Below are positions 46,333 through 57,620 of a stretch of 64,000 bases of DNA, one piece after another. Made by a program: the position numbers and the translations under genes. The DNA comes from an uncultured Spirochaetota bacterium (lineage in GTDB: Bacteria > Spirochaetota > UBA4802 > UBA5550): contig CAWHAA010000008.1 of the NCBI GenBank assembly GCA_963827275.1, positions 448,001 to 512,000 of the forward strand, given 5' to 3'. The stretch's first letter is position 1; every line of letters starts with the position of its first letter. The notes under the pieces are model-generated. The model was not told the origin of the DNA, did not search any database, and was given only the letters and a program-made list of their open reading frames with translations.

Positions 46333-48153
46333 CTATTCCTTGTACATTTCCTCGATGATAGTGTTGTAATTGCCGAGAACCACCTTTCTCTTTACCTTGA
46401 GGGTGGGGGTGAGTTCGCCCGTGTCCTGGGTGAACGCGCGGTCGATGAGGGTAAATCGCTTGATCTGCTCCACGCGTCCCAGCGGCTTGTTCAGCTCGGC
46501 AACCGTCTCGTTGAATTTTTTCATCACCTCGGGATGGTCGATAAGTTTCTTCGGGTCGGTTTCGCCTATGTTTTTCGATTTTGCCCATTTAAACAGCTCG
46601 GGGAAGCAGGGCACGATGAGGGCCACCAGGTATTTTTTCTGGTCGCCAATGATGGCGACCTGCTCGATGAGCGGGTGCATGGTGAACATGCCCTCTATGA
46701 CCTGGGGCGCCACGTTTTTCCCGCCCGCGGTGATGAGGATGTCCTTCTTGCGGTCGGTTATTGTCAGGTACCCGTCCTCGTCGATCGTGCCGATATCGCC
46801 GGTGGCGAACCAGCCGTCTTTCGAGAGGACCTCTTTGGTGTCCTTCGGTTTTTTGTAATAGCCCTTCATGATCTGCGGGCCGCGGACCAGGATCTCGCCG
46901 TCATCGGCGATTTTACATTCCGTGCGGGGAAACGCCGGGCCGCAGGAACCCAGCTTGATCGGCTTGATATACGTGAAGGTGTTCAGGTGCGTGATCGGCG
47001 TGGTTTCGGTGAGGCCGTAGCCCAGGTGTATCTCAACCCCGATTATCTGGAAAAACGCGTTGATCTCGTTGGAAAGCGGCGCGCCACCGATCCCGATGGT
47101 GATCATACGGTCGAGCCCCAGGGCCTTGCGCAGTTTTGAATATATGATCGTGTCAAGAAGGCGATAGGCCCGGCCCAGGGGGAAGGGTATGGATTTGTTG
47201 TAAAGGATATAGGGGAGCGACTTTCTGCCGATGGCCATGGCGGCGTTGAACAGGGCCTTCTTGCTCGCCGGCGCGTTTCCCAGCTGCCCCATGACGCCTT
47301 CATAGATCTTTTCAAGGACGCGCGGCACGTATACGGCCAGCGTTGGCCTGATGTCCTTAAGGTCTTCAACCAGCGTTTCCGCCCCCTTGGTATAGGCAAT
47401 GGTGCCCCCCTGGAGAATCGCGGTATTGTAGCCTACCGTGCGCTCGAGCGCGTGGGACAGGGGAAGGAGCGATACACAGAGGAACTCCTCCGGAAAGGGG
47501 TGGTGCTCTGCGAACTGTTTCACGTTGGACACAAGGTTGTTGTGGGTCAGCATGACCCCCTTGGGATTGCCCGTCGTGCCCGACGTGTATATCAGGGTCG
47601 CGGTTTCTTCCGGGTCGATTTTTCTCAGACGCTTGTCGATCTCCTTGACGTTGAGGCTCTTCCTGCCGATCTCCAGGGCCTTTGAAAGCTTCACCACCAT
47701 GGGGTCCTTGTAATCGAGGTCGTCGAAAACGATGATTTCTTTCAGTTTCTTGAGGTGTTTCTTTTCTTTTAATAGATTGTCAACCTGGAACTTGCCGGCG
47801 CACATGCAAATCTTTGACTCGGAATCGTTCAGTACATATGATGCTTCCGGGCCGGAGTTGGTGGGGTAAATGGTGGCGTCCACCGCCCCGATGGCCAGGG
47901 TGGCGATATCCGCTATGACCCATTCGGGCCGGTTATTGGCATAGATGGCGATTTTGTCACCGGGCTTGATGCCTTTTTTAAGAAAGTACGAAGCCAGGGC
48001 GTTGACCTGCTCGCCGACCATGGTGTACGAGTATTCCTGCCACTTTTTGTTCGCGTCGCGGATTTTAAGAAAGATTTTTTCGCGGGATTTCTCAACCTGG
48101 TTCTTGAAAATGCCGGGAACCGTCGTCTCATCGTAGGGTTTGAAAATGCTCAT
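46333..48153 (-). CDS. Long-chain acyl-CoA synthetase, paralog of 17071-18909
   Basis: YTSGTTGNPKG, LPLSHALE, GYGLTET, ELTPTLKVKR. Confidence 0.93.
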   Translation of the reverse strand: MSIFKPYDETTVPGIFKNQVEKSREKIFLKIRDANKKWQEYSYTMVGEQVNALASYFLKKGIKPGDKIAIYANNRPEWVIADIATLAIGAVDATIYPTNSGPEASYVLNDSESKICMCAGKFQVDNLLKEKKHLKKLKEIIVFDDLDYKDPMVVKLSKALEIGRKSLNVKEIDKRLRKIDPEETATLIYTSGTTGNPKGVMLTHNNLVSNVKQFAEHHPFPEEFLCVSLLPLSHALERTVGYNTAILQGGTIAYTKGAETLVEDLKDIRPTLAVYVPRVLEKIYEGVMGQLGNAPASKKALFNAAMAIGRKSLPYILYNKSIPFPLGRAYRLLDTIIYSKLRKALGLDRMITIGIGGAPLSNEINAFFQIIGVEIHLGYGLTETTPITHLNTFTYIKPIKLGSCGPAFPRTECKIADDGEILVRGPQIMKGYYKKPKDTKEVLSKDGWFATGDIGTIDEDGYLTITDRKKDILITAGGKNVAPQVIEGMFTMHPLIEQVAIIGDQKKYLVALIVPCFPELFKWAKSKNIGETDPKKLIDHPEVMKKFNETVAELNKPLGRVEQIKRFTLIDRAFTQDTGELTPTLKVKRKVVLGNYNTIIEEMYKE

Positions 48154-48458
48154 AGTGTTCCTCCAAATTATGACGCTTGTCCCGGCTTCGGCAACAGGAG
48201 AAACAATGGCCGGTATGAGCGGCAGTCTGTTAATATTCGGTCACACTCTGAAGGGTATGGCATTATTGTCAATAAGACAATTAATTTTTGGAATACTTGA
48301 ATCAGGTGATTTTTGCGTAACAAGAAAAGGGATCATCGGGTGTTGTTTAACATGCGGTAAATTACGCACCGGCCCCGGGCCCGGTCTGTCTGCTTTTATG
48401 CATCCTGAAATGGCCGCAGGCCAAATGCCACTGCACAGCTGGCGCCAACTGTTCCGTA

Positions 48459-49031
48459 TTATACTGCCAGGTGCTCGATGAGGATTTTTATCCCGATGGC
48501 GACAAGGACCAGGCCGCCGATCGCCTCAGCGCGCTTTCCGAAAAAGGGGCCCACCCTGCTGCCGATGGCGACCCCGAGCGCGGAGATAAGGGCGCAGACG
48601 ACGCCGATGATGATGCTGGGAAGCAGGATGGGGCGGTTGAGCACGCCGATGGAGAGGCCCACCGCAAGGGCATCGATGCTGGTCGCGACCGAGAGTACGA
48701 TGAGGGACCAGCCGCGTGACGGGTCCGGGCGCTCGTCGATGGGACAATCCGCCTTCTCCCGGGAAAATGACTCCCGCACCATCTTCAGGCCGATGAAGAC
48801 CAGGAGGCCGAAGGCGAGCCAGTGATCGTATGACCTGATGTACCGCTCGAGGTACATGCCGCCGAAGAAGCCGATGACCGGCATCATGAACTGGAAGAGC
48901 CCGAAGCTCGCGGCGAGGCGGAAGTAATGGCCGGGACCGGGCCGCGGTATGGTAATCCCGCACGAAACGCAGACCGAGAAGGCGTCCATGGCGAGTGCGA
49001 CTGCGATGAAGAATATTGAAACCAGGTCCAT
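48459..49031 (-). CDS. mntP: Manganese efflux pump
   Basis: ALAMDAFSV, FGLFQFMMP, DHWLAF, ATSIDALAVG. Confidence 0.9.
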   Translation of the reverse strand: MDLVSIFFIAVALAMDAFSVCVSCGITIPRPGPGHYFRLAASFGLFQFMMPVIGFFGGMYLERYIRSYDHWLAFGLLVFIGLKMVRESFSREKADCPIDERPDPSRGWSLIVLSVATSIDALAVGLSIGVLNRPILLPSIIIGVVCALISALGVAIGSRVGPFFGKRAEAIGGLVLVAIGIKILIEHLAV

Positions 49032-49371
49032 GGGCCATGTATAGCGCGCACGGGCCGGCAGTCCATAACAATACCTATGCGTGTGTCAAAAAATCCCGGC
49101 GACCCTTCCGGGTTTAAAAATATTCCCCCCCGTGGAAATATGTATTGATTTTTATCTTCCGTTTGCCTAATTTGCCGTTCAGTGATTAAACATATAAATA
49201 TAAAGAAAGATGGAGGATTGCGATGCTGCGGTATGCAGCACCCTCCCTTGTTTTTTCGCTCTGTCTTGAATTCGGGTTGATTTACGGGAATCGCACCTGT
49301 GCCGCGTGAGGTGTGCTGCAAGGAGTGGGCCCGGCCCCGGTTCATAAATCCAATATGCAGAGGGAACAATA

Positions 49372-52300
49372 ATGAAATGGCTGGTTAAAATTTCCATCAA
49401 CAGGCCAAAGACGGTCATCGCCTGTATCGTCGCCGCTACGCTGTTTTTTGCCATCATGCTGGGTGTTAATTTCTCGGTCAATGTCGACCCGATGAAGGCC
49501 TTTTCCAGAAAGATGGACGTGATCAAGTATTACCACCTGACCCTGAAAAAATTCTCCATGAAGGACACGATCCTGATCGGCGTCGAGAACGAGAAGGACG
49601 GCATCTTTAACGTAAAGACGCTCCGCTACGTTGAGCAGGTGACCAGGCGGTTCAAGGCACTCAAGGTCGATAAGACGTACAAGAGCGTCTTCACCGGCGA
49701 GAAGGAAACGGTGGAGGTCCCGTCGCGGATCTCGACCGACCAGATCATGAGCATAATAAACGCCGATGACGTCATGGTGAACAAGGCGACCAACACGATC
49801 GTGATGGGAAACCTGACCAGCAGGGCGCGGGAAAAAGCCGGGCTCATCGACCAGGACCCCGAGGAGATGAAAAAGCTCCCGGAACGGGACGAGGATCTGG
49901 AGAAGCTCCTCCCCTATCTCAAGAAGGAGCTGGATGGGAACGACCTGCTGAAAGGCACGCTCTTTGCCGTCGACGGCAAGGCCTGCGCCATCATGGTCCC
50001 CGTTGAGAAGAGGATCGACAACAAGCTGGAGATCATACGCCGCGAGATGTCCTACATGGTGGACGCGTCAAAGCTGAGGGACCGCTTCAGCGGGAGGGAC
50101 TTTTATTTCCAGCATGACATATACAAAAAAGAGGTCAACGGCACCACGGTCGACGATGAGTTCATTGAGGACACGGTGGCGGCAAACAAAAAGAAGATCC
50201 GCTCATACATGCTCGGTCTTCTCTCTCCGTTCAGCGATCATTACAAGGATTTCTATGCATCACTGAAAAAGAACGAGGTGGACGAGGAATACCTGGACGC
50301 CATCTACCGGATGATTGAAAATGACGCGGCGTACGAGAAGCCCGATGTCGAGCTCACCTACCTGGACCTGATTGACGACCTGTACAAGTTTGTCATCGAG
50401 AACCTCGATCCCTACAGCAAAAACAACCTTGAATCGAAACTCTACAACGTCTCCAGCATATATGACGTCGGGCATATTTACAAGATATTCATCGACATCA
50501 CGGAGAAGGACAAACCGGCCGGGCTGAACATCTACATCGCCGGCATGCCGGTCGCCGAAGCCCTGCTGATGGGTCTTGTCACGAACGATCTCTCCATCTT
50601 CATGGCCCTGGCCACCTTCGTCATACTGCTGATACTGTTCCTCACCATCAGGACCCCCACCGGGATCTATCTCCCCCTGACTGCGGTGGTGATCAGCATC
50701 GTATGGCTTATGGGCGGCATGCTCATGGCGGGCATAGATTTTTCTTCGGGGACCATGGCAATGCCCTGTATCCTGATCGCGGTCGGCAGCTCTTATGTCA
50801 TCCATTATCTGGTACGGTATTACGAGAAGGTGGCAGGAAAAACCGCGGCGGATGTGAAGACGGTCCTCCTCGAAACAACGGACAGCATTGACACGGCGAT
50901 CTTTCTGTCAGCGATAACGACCATGGCCGCTTTTATCTCCGACGTGTTCATTGACGTCGTTGATATCCAGCGGCTGGGCTACCTTGTTACGCTCGGCATC
51001 GCGATAAACCTGTTCCTTACCTTTACCTATATCCCGGCCGTGCTCGCGCTCCAGCCCCCCCCGAAAGGGACCCGCGAGTCATTTTTTGAACGGATCATCA
51101 TGAGCGCGGTGCTGAAGGGCGGGGCCAACACCGCGCGGCACCCGCGCACGGTGTTCTGGGGGGCCCTTGCGCTGACCGGTGTCTTCCTGGTCGGGGTATT
51201 TTTTCTCAAGACCGAGAGCAGCATCTCCTTCATGTTCCTCGAGAAGAACCCGCTCCGGCAGGCGGACAAGTTCATCAACAAGGAGCTCACCGGCACCGGC
51301 CAGATGTGCATCGTCTTCCGGATGAGGGACCGTGTGAACCTTGAAAGCCGGGCGGCGCAAAAGGACCTTGCCGCACGGATAGACGCGTTTATCGCTTCGT
51401 ACCGGACTCTTGCGAATATCCACCCGGACCTGAACGTCTCGCCGGAGATAACCCGCTATTTCATAGATGACCTGGGGAATTTCAGGCAGAACACGCAGAA
51501 AAACCAGGGGGCCATCGAGGACCGGGTGGCGGTATTCACCGACATCATGAACGAATATTTCGAGAGCGAGCAGGCCGGCAAGGACGCCGCGAGCAGCATC
51601 GGCGCGTCCGCATCGAGCGATGACATCAGCGACATGGCCGATGACACGATGTACGCGAGCGGCAGGCACCTGACCATGACCCCGCAGGAAGCAGGCATAG
51701 AGAACATAATCGGCAGGGTCAAGACGATCGATACCGCCCGGGCGCGCGACGCGGCGCGCCAGTTTATCAGGGCCGCCCGCACCTATAAATACGACGCGGC
51801 GGGGAAGGTCTTTCTCGGGGACTTTTTCCTGCTGTCGGATTTTTTCCATACTGACATCACCCAGCCGGTCACGCTCCGCAAGATTGACGAGCTCGGCAAC
51901 GCGCTGAAGGCCCTGAAGGAGCCGCATGCCGTCATTGACGGCGTAACGGTGCGTCCGGTGGGCAACATCATGAGCATTACCGACACCCTGAAGGTCATCT
52001 ACAAGGTCTTCTACCACGAGGACAGCAATGAATTCAGGAAGATCCCGAGCGTCAGGGAGGACGGGATCCAGGACAGGTCGCTCACCGACCGCGGCATCAT
52101 CGGGGTCTGTTTGAACCAGTTCGCCGCGTCGCGGGAGGACGTGTACAAGTACCTGGTGACAGACGACATGAAGCTTATGCAGTACGTGGTGTTCATGCGG
52201 AGCGACAAGGCCGATTTTCTCCGCGAGTTCGAGAAAACCTTCAATGAAATGTTCAAAAAAATATTCCCGGATGATGATCCCTATGTGGAGAAGATCATCG

Positions 52301-52947
52301 TGTCGGGCATGCCGGCCATAAACCTGAAGATGAACGAGGCCATCCTGATCAACCAGATCCAGTCGATCATCGTGACGGTCATCATCGTGTTCCTGGCATG
52401 CACCTTTATCTTCCGCTCGTTTATCGGCGGCCTGTTCGTGTCCGTGCCCATCTCCTTCACGCTCATCATTACCCTGGGCATCATGGGATACCTCGGGATC
52501 CCGATCAACTACAGCACGATACTCAACGCATCGATCGCAGTGGGGGCGGGCATCGATTACTGTATCCACTTCATTGAGCGGTTCAAGTACGAGCATATTG
52601 TTATGAAGCTTGATTTTACCGATGCGTACCGGAGGACCCTGAAAACCACCGGGCTGGCCATCGTCACCTCTACCCTGACCGTCGGCCTCGGGTTTGCCGT
52701 GCTCGGCTTCTCCTCGTTCAAGATTTTAAAAATATCAGGCCTGCTGGTGACCGCTTCCATGATTCTGAGCGGGACCTTCTCGCTCACCGTGCTCCCGGCG
52801 ATGATCATCTGGCTTAAGCCGGGGTTCCTGAAAGAAGTGAAGCCGTGGGCGGTTGAAGAAAAGCTGACGGTGGTCTTTAAGGGCCTTCTGGACCGTGCGA
52901 AGAGCGTGAATTTAGAGCAGTTCAACATGTTCAGGAAGAAGTGCTGA
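49372..52947 (+). CDS. MMPL/RND-family transporter with large extracytoplasmic insertions
   Basis: Two 1+5 TM halves; IAVGSSYVIH and IAVGAGIDYCIH; LTVLPA. Confidence 0.85.
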   Translation: MKWLVKISINRPKTVIACIVAATLFFAIMLGVNFSVNVDPMKAFSRKMDVIKYYHLTLKKFSMKDTILIGVENEKDGIFNVKTLRYVEQVTRRFKALKVDKTYKSVFTGEKETVEVPSRISTDQIMSIINADDVMVNKATNTIVMGNLTSRAREKAGLIDQDPEEMKKLPERDEDLEKLLPYLKKELDGNDLLKGTLFAVDGKACAIMVPVEKRIDNKLEIIRREMSYMVDASKLRDRFSGRDFYFQHDIYKKEVNGTTVDDEFIEDTVAANKKKIRSYMLGLLSPFSDHYKDFYASLKKNEVDEEYLDAIYRMIENDAAYEKPDVELTYLDLIDDLYKFVIENLDPYSKNNLESKLYNVSSIYDVGHIYKIFIDITEKDKPAGLNIYIAGMPVAEALLMGLVTNDLSIFMALATFVILLILFLTIRTPTGIYLPLTAVVISIVWLMGGMLMAGIDFSSGTMAMPCILIAVGSSYVIHYLVRYYEKVAGKTAADVKTVLLETTDSIDTAIFLSAITTMAAFISDVFIDVVDIQRLGYLVTLGIAINLFLTFTYIPAVLALQPPPKGTRESFFERIIMSAVLKGGANTARHPRTVFWGALALTGVFLVGVFFLKTESSISFMFLEKNPLRQADKFINKELTGTGQMCIVFRMRDRVNLESRAAQKDLAARIDAFIASYRTLANIHPDLNVSPEITRYFIDDLGNFRQNTQKNQGAIEDRVAVFTDIMNEYFESEQAGKDAASSIGASASSDDISDMADDTMYASGRHLTMTPQEAGIENIIGRVKTIDTARARDAARQFIRAARTYKYDAAGKVFLGDFFLLSDFFHTDITQPVTLRKIDELGNALKALKEPHAVIDGVTVRPVGNIMSITDTLKVIYKVFYHEDSNEFRKIPSVREDGIQDRSLTDRGIIGVCLNQFAASREDVYKYLVTDDMKLMQYVVFMRSDKADFLREFEKTFNEMFKKIFPDDDPYVEKIIVSGMPAINLKMNEAILINQIQSIIVTVIIVFLACTFIFRSFIGGLFVSVPISFTLIITLGIMGYLGIPINYSTILNASIAVGAGIDYCIHFIERFKYEHIVMKLDFTDAYRRTLKTTGLAIVTSTLTVGLGFAVLGFSSFKILKISGLLVTASMILSGTFSLTVLPAMIIWLKPGFLKEVKPWAVEEKLTVVFKGLLDRAKSVNLEQFNMFRKKC

Positions 52948-53227
52948 GCCCCTTCCGGCTTTCTCGCTGATGATTTTGATGGACCGCCTGCGCCGCATTA
53001 CGGCATATCTGCCGATGCGGCGCAGACGGTCCACTACGCTCCCCATTCCCTGGTATCGCGGCCCTGCTCCACCCCTGACTGCCCGGCATGCCCGGCGTCC
53101 TGGATAGCGCCGGGTTCACGCGGCGCCTGCTGCGTTCCGGACCTGAAAAAATTTTCTTGTAATTATCATCATGATGTAGTATGAATGCAGCATACTCGAT
53201 AACTCGCGAAAAAGACCTGGATTGAGA

Positions 53228-55159
53228 ATGCCCAAAAAAACATTAACATCTCAAAAGAACAGATCTGTCAAAAAAACTACCGGCACACCGAAAACCGCGA
53301 AGGTGAAGACCCCGGCCGGGTCCCCCGTAAAAGGCCGGGGCGGTAAACCAGCCCGGGATTATCCCTCCGATATTTTTTCGAAAATTTTTGATGCCAATCC
53401 CATCGGCATGGCGGTGACGAGCATCGACGAGGGGCGGATTATCAAGGTCAACAAGGGCTTCCTTGAAATGACCGGCTATTCGGAGCAGGAAGTCCTCGCC
53501 CGCACAACCGCGGAATTGAACATCTGGGATTCCCCTGCTGAGCGGACGCATGTCATCGAACAACTCGGCGCCGCCGGCCATGTGCGCAATCATGAAGTAA
53601 CGATGCACAGAAAATCCGGGTCCACGCTGCATTGCCTTTTTTCCGCTGAATTTATCAGGCTGAAGGGCAAAAACTTTGTCCTGAGCATGGCGGTGGATGT
53701 TACCGAGCAGGTGAACGCCCGGCGGGCCATGGCAGAGGGCGAAGCGACGTTCCGGCTCCTGGTTGAGAACATGTCCGATTCCCTGTGGGTAATGGACCTG
53801 CGCACGATGAAAATTCAGTACACTTCCCCTTCCGGCTTCAAAATACTCGGGTACACCCAGGAGGAATCGCTCAGCCAGGGCGCGACGGACCTGGTGGCGC
53901 CGGACCATTTGCAGATGGTCATTTCCTCCATCGCGGAAGAGATCCGGAAGGACGGAGCGCCGGGAGTCGATCCGGAACGGACGCGCACTATTGAACTCAA
54001 GCAGATACACAAGAACGGATCGATCGTGTGGGTTGAAATGACCGTGCGGTTCCTCCGCGATGCATCGGGGAAGCCTGACCGGATCCTCGGCGTGTCCCGC
54101 GACATTACCGAGCGCAAGCGGGCCGGGGAGGAGCTGCAAAAGAGCCGGGACGCGTTTCGAAACATTGTAGAAAGCAGCCCTGTCGGCATCTTCAGGACCT
54201 GTCCCCCGGGGAGGTTCGTCATGGTGAATCCGGCGATGGCCCAGATGTTCGGCTTTGACACGATCGAAGAATTCCGCGAGCGGATGAATGATGAAGCCTC
54301 CCATGTATATTACAACGCGGAAGACCAGGAGCGTTTTTTATCATTAATCCGGAAGACCAAAAAATTCAACGGCGTTGAATTTTTATGCAGGAACAAAAGA
54401 GGTGAGCCCTTCTGGGCCATGGCGAGCTGCCGCGCCATCGTGAATGAGAAAGACGAGATAACCGCAATCGAAGGATTTTTCAGCGATATAACCGAGCAGA
54501 AGCGGGCAGAGGAAGGCCTGAAAAAATCACAGGAGCAGCTCCGGGACATGCTGAAGGAAAAGGAGGTCCTTCTCCGGGAGATCCACCACCGGGTCAAGAA
54601 CAACATGCAGATCATCTCGAGTCTCCTTGGCCTGCAGGCGGCGCACGTGAAGGACGGGCGTGACGGCAAACTCTTCGAGGTGAGCCAGGGCCGCGTCAGG
54701 TCCATGGCGCTGGTCCATGAGAAGCTCTACCGGTCCGAGTCCATCGCAGGGCTTGATTTCCAGGAATATATTACCGACCTTGTCAATGAGCTGTTCAGGA
54801 CCCACTACGGATTGGTGAAGGTAAATGTCATAGTTAACGCCAGGGATATTTTCATCCCCATCGACGATGTTATCCCCTGCTCCCTTATCATATACGAGAT
54901 GGTGACGAACGCGCTGAAGCACGCCTTTCCCGTGGACCGGGGGGGCACAGTGGTCATAGATTTTTTCTCCGAGGGGGATGAGAAGGTGCTCCGGATAAAA
55001 GACGACGGGGTCGGCATGCCGCCGGGCCTCGATTACCGGAACACCGATTCGCTGGGGCTGCAGCTCGTGAATGCGCTGGCGAAGCAGCTGAAGGGGGCGG
55101 TGCAGTACAACGGCAGCGGCGGCGCAGAGTTTACCGTCAGGTTCAGGGGGCAGTCATGA
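53228..55159 (+). CDS. Cytoplasmic triple-PAS histidine kinase, HisKA_2 type
   Basis: PAS/PAC motifs DVTE and DITE, EIHHRVKNN, EMVTNALKHAF, DDGVG, SLGLQLV. Confidence 0.92.
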   Translation: MPKKTLTSQKNRSVKKTTGTPKTAKVKTPAGSPVKGRGGKPARDYPSDIFSKIFDANPIGMAVTSIDEGRIIKVNKGFLEMTGYSEQEVLARTTAELNIWDSPAERTHVIEQLGAAGHVRNHEVTMHRKSGSTLHCLFSAEFIRLKGKNFVLSMAVDVTEQVNARRAMAEGEATFRLLVENMSDSLWVMDLRTMKIQYTSPSGFKILGYTQEESLSQGATDLVAPDHLQMVISSIAEEIRKDGAPGVDPERTRTIELKQIHKNGSIVWVEMTVRFLRDASGKPDRILGVSRDITERKRAGEELQKSRDAFRNIVESSPVGIFRTCPPGRFVMVNPAMAQMFGFDTIEEFRERMNDEASHVYYNAEDQERFLSLIRKTKKFNGVEFLCRNKRGEPFWAMASCRAIVNEKDEITAIEGFFSDITEQKRAEEGLKKSQEQLRDMLKEKEVLLREIHHRVKNNMQIISSLLGLQAAHVKDGRDGKLFEVSQGRVRSMALVHEKLYRSESIAGLDFQEYITDLVNELFRTHYGLVKVNVIVNARDIFIPIDDVIPCSLIIYEMVTNALKHAFPVDRGGTVVIDFFSEGDEKVLRIKDDGVGMPPGLDYRNTDSLGLQLVNALAKQLKGAVQYNGSGGAEFTVRFRGQS

Positions 55160-56811
55160 TCAGGTCAAGGCTGTTGCTCGTCGAGGATGAATACATCATC
55201 GCGCTCGGCATCCGGAAGAGCCTCGAGAGGCTGGGCTACGAGGTGTCCGCGGTCGTCACTACCGGCGAAGAGGCGGTGTCGAAGGCGATCGAGCTGTTGC
55301 CGGACCTGATCCTCATGGACATCGTCCTGGCGGGCCCCATGGACGGGGTGGAGGCGGCGCGCGCGATAGCGGCGGAGGCCGACATCCCGGTCATCTACCT
55401 TACCGCGAACGCCGACAGCGCCACGGTGGAACGGGCCCGCGATACCATGCCCTACGGCTATATGAACAAGCCGATCAACGACCGGGACCTGATGAGCAAT
55501 ATCGACACGGCGATCCACAAGCACCACATGGAGCGCCGCCTCAGGGAAAGCGAGGAAAAGTACCGGTCCCTTGTCGAAAATATCAACGATGTCATACTAT
55601 CGGTGGATGAAAACGGGACCGTGACCTACGCGAGCCCGCGGGCATATGATGTCGCGGGCTACCGGGAAGAGGACCTGCTGGGGAAGAACCTGATCAATTT
55701 CGTCTACCCGGATGACCGGGAGCTGGTGATCAGCCTCTTCGGGAACAGCAGGGCGGGCGGCTTTACCCCGGGCCAGTACCGGGTGCTGTCGAAATCGGGC
55801 GACATTGTCTGGGTGCGCACCTCGGGGAGGCCCATTTTCGTCAACGGCCGCTTCAACGGGGTCAGGGTCATCATGAGCGACATCACCGAGCGTATGAGGA
55901 TTGAAGACGAGGTGAAGATCAAGAACGAGGAGCTGACGTCGGCAAACGAGGAGCTCCAGGCCATCATCGAGGAGCTGGAAGCCACCAACGAAGAGCTGCG
56001 TACGGCCAACATCCAGTTTGAGGAGAAGAACCGGGAGCTCTCGCGTGCGCGGAAGGACCTGGCGGAGCAGGAGGCCTTGCTGGCAAGCATCTCCCGTGTG
56101 GCGCCGGCCGGCATCGGCCTGATCAAGGACAAGGTGCTGCACTGGACCAACAGCATGATACAGTCGATCTCCGGGTACGCGGAGGAAGAGCTCCTGGGAA
56201 AAAGCCTCAGGATCTTTTACACGAACGATGAAGAATACAAGTCGGCGGTCGATAGAATGTACCGCCAGATAGGCGAGCGGGGCATGGCCTCCTTCGAGGC
56301 CCGGTGCCGGCACAAGAACGGCTCAACCTACGATATCCTGATCAATGCCGCATTCCTTGACCCCCGGGGCAAGGAGGGCGGTATTGTCTTCACCGCGATG
56401 GATATCACGGAAAAAAATCGGGTATCGAATGCGCTTGCGGCAAGTGAACAGAAATTCAGCTTGATGCTAAAAGAATCGCCGTTTCCGATAACCATAATGG
56501 ACGGCAGCTCCAGATTCACGTACATGAACCCCCGGGTGATACAGGTCCTCGGCTACACGACCGAGACGATGCCGACGATAGAGGAGTGGTGGGAAAAGGC
56601 ATATCCCGATCCCGCCTACCGGGAGAAAATCAGGAAAGAATGGGAAGAGAATGTCCGCCGCGCCAGGGACGGCAATACCATAGTCAAACCGATGCCGGCG
56701 AAGATCCATTGCGCGGACGATACGTATAAGTGGATAGAGTTCCACATGATGTTTGTTGCTGATATGTCCTTTATTATTGCCAAAGAATTACCGGGAGAAC
56801 CCGCAGCGTAG
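55156..56811 (+). CDS. Receiver, PAS, coiled coil, PAS, PAS protein with no output domain
   Basis: LLVEDE, ILMDI, YLTA, KP; NEELQAIIEELEATNEEL; ATGA overlap with the kinase. Confidence 0.85.
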   Translation: MIRSRLLLVEDEYIIALGIRKSLERLGYEVSAVVTTGEEAVSKAIELLPDLILMDIVLAGPMDGVEAARAIAAEADIPVIYLTANADSATVERARDTMPYGYMNKPINDRDLMSNIDTAIHKHHMERRLRESEEKYRSLVENINDVILSVDENGTVTYASPRAYDVAGYREEDLLGKNLINFVYPDDRELVISLFGNSRAGGFTPGQYRVLSKSGDIVWVRTSGRPIFVNGRFNGVRVIMSDITERMRIEDEVKIKNEELTSANEELQAIIEELEATNEELRTANIQFEEKNRELSRARKDLAEQEALLASISRVAPAGIGLIKDKVLHWTNSMIQSISGYAEEELLGKSLRIFYTNDEEYKSAVDRMYRQIGERGMASFEARCRHKNGSTYDILINAAFLDPRGKEGGIVFTAMDITEKNRVSNALAASEQKFSLMLKESPFPITIMDGSSRFTYMNPRVIQVLGYTTETMPTIEEWWEKAYPDPAYREKIRKEWEENVRRARDGNTIVKPMPAKIHCADDTYKWIEFHMMFVADMSFIIAKELPGEPAA

Positions 56812-56822
56812 CGCCGCGCCGG

Positions 56823-57620
56823 TCAACGGGCGTCGTTCGTTCCGTCCTGAAACCGCATCACCCCGAAGTTCAGATTGCGCCCGCGGTCGCCGGCGCGGTA
56901 TGAAAAATACTCTTCGTTCGAGGCCAGGGTACACTGCCGCGCGCAGAAGATGTTGTCCGCCGGCACCCCCTCGCCGGTGAGCGAGCGCCCGATGCCCCCC
57001 CATAGATCGAGATAGAGCCTGCCGTTTTTTTCTTCGACGTCCCCCGGGAAGAGGTCCGCCACGTCGCGGCCCACCGTGTATGACGCGGGGCCGATCGAGG
57101 GGAGAATGAAGATCTGCAGGTCGCGGTACGACGAGCCCGCCCGGCGCGCCATCTCCCGCACCAGCGTGCGCGCTATGGCGAGCCGGGTGCCGCGCCACCC
57201 GGAATGGGCGGCGCCGAGGGCCCGGCGGACCGGGTCGTACGCGTACACGGGGACGCAGTCGGCGGTGCGGATGACCAGGCAGATGCCGGGCAGGAGGGTG
57301 AGGAGCCCGTCGGCGGCCCCGTGGATGAGGCGCTCCTCGCGGGGCGGCTCCTCGATCACCAGGATGGAGTCGCCGTGCTCCTGGTCGAGCGCGATGATGT
57401 CGCGCGCAGCGATGCCCGTGGCCCGCTCGAGGAGGGTTTTTTCCTGCCGCCGCACTTCGTCCGGCCCCAGGGAGTAATCGACCCGGTTGGCCGACCTGGC
57501 GATCACGCCGATGTCGAGTCCCGGGAAGGCATGGGTCAGGCGGTATACGCCGTCTTCCTGCTTATCGAGGGAAACCATGGCCGGTTCCTGGTACGCACGT
57601 GTGGTGTGCCGCGCGGTCAT
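56823..57620 (-). CDS. pgeF: YfiH/PgeF family (laccase-domain/purine nucleoside enzyme)
   Basis: QEHG, ADGL, TADCVPV, AHSGWRG, PSIGP, YFSYR. Confidence 0.88.
   Translation of the reverse strand: MTARHTTRAYQEPAMVSLDKQEDGVYRLTHAFPGLDIGVIARSANRVDYSLGPDEVRRQEKTLLERATGIAARDIIALDQEHGDSILVIEEPPREERLIHGAADGLLTLLPGICLVIRTADCVPVYAYDPVRRALGAAHSGWRGTRLAIARTLVREMARRAGSSYRDLQIFILPSIGPASYTVGRDVADLFPGDVEEKNGRLYLDLWGGIGRSLTGEGVPADNIFCARQCTLASNEEYFSYRAGDRGRNLNFGVMRFQDGTNDAR

Noticed and set aside
49032..49200. yybP-ykoY manganese riboswitch upstream of mntP
   Set aside because: No recognisable conserved motif by eye; an Infernal/Rfam scan would be decisive
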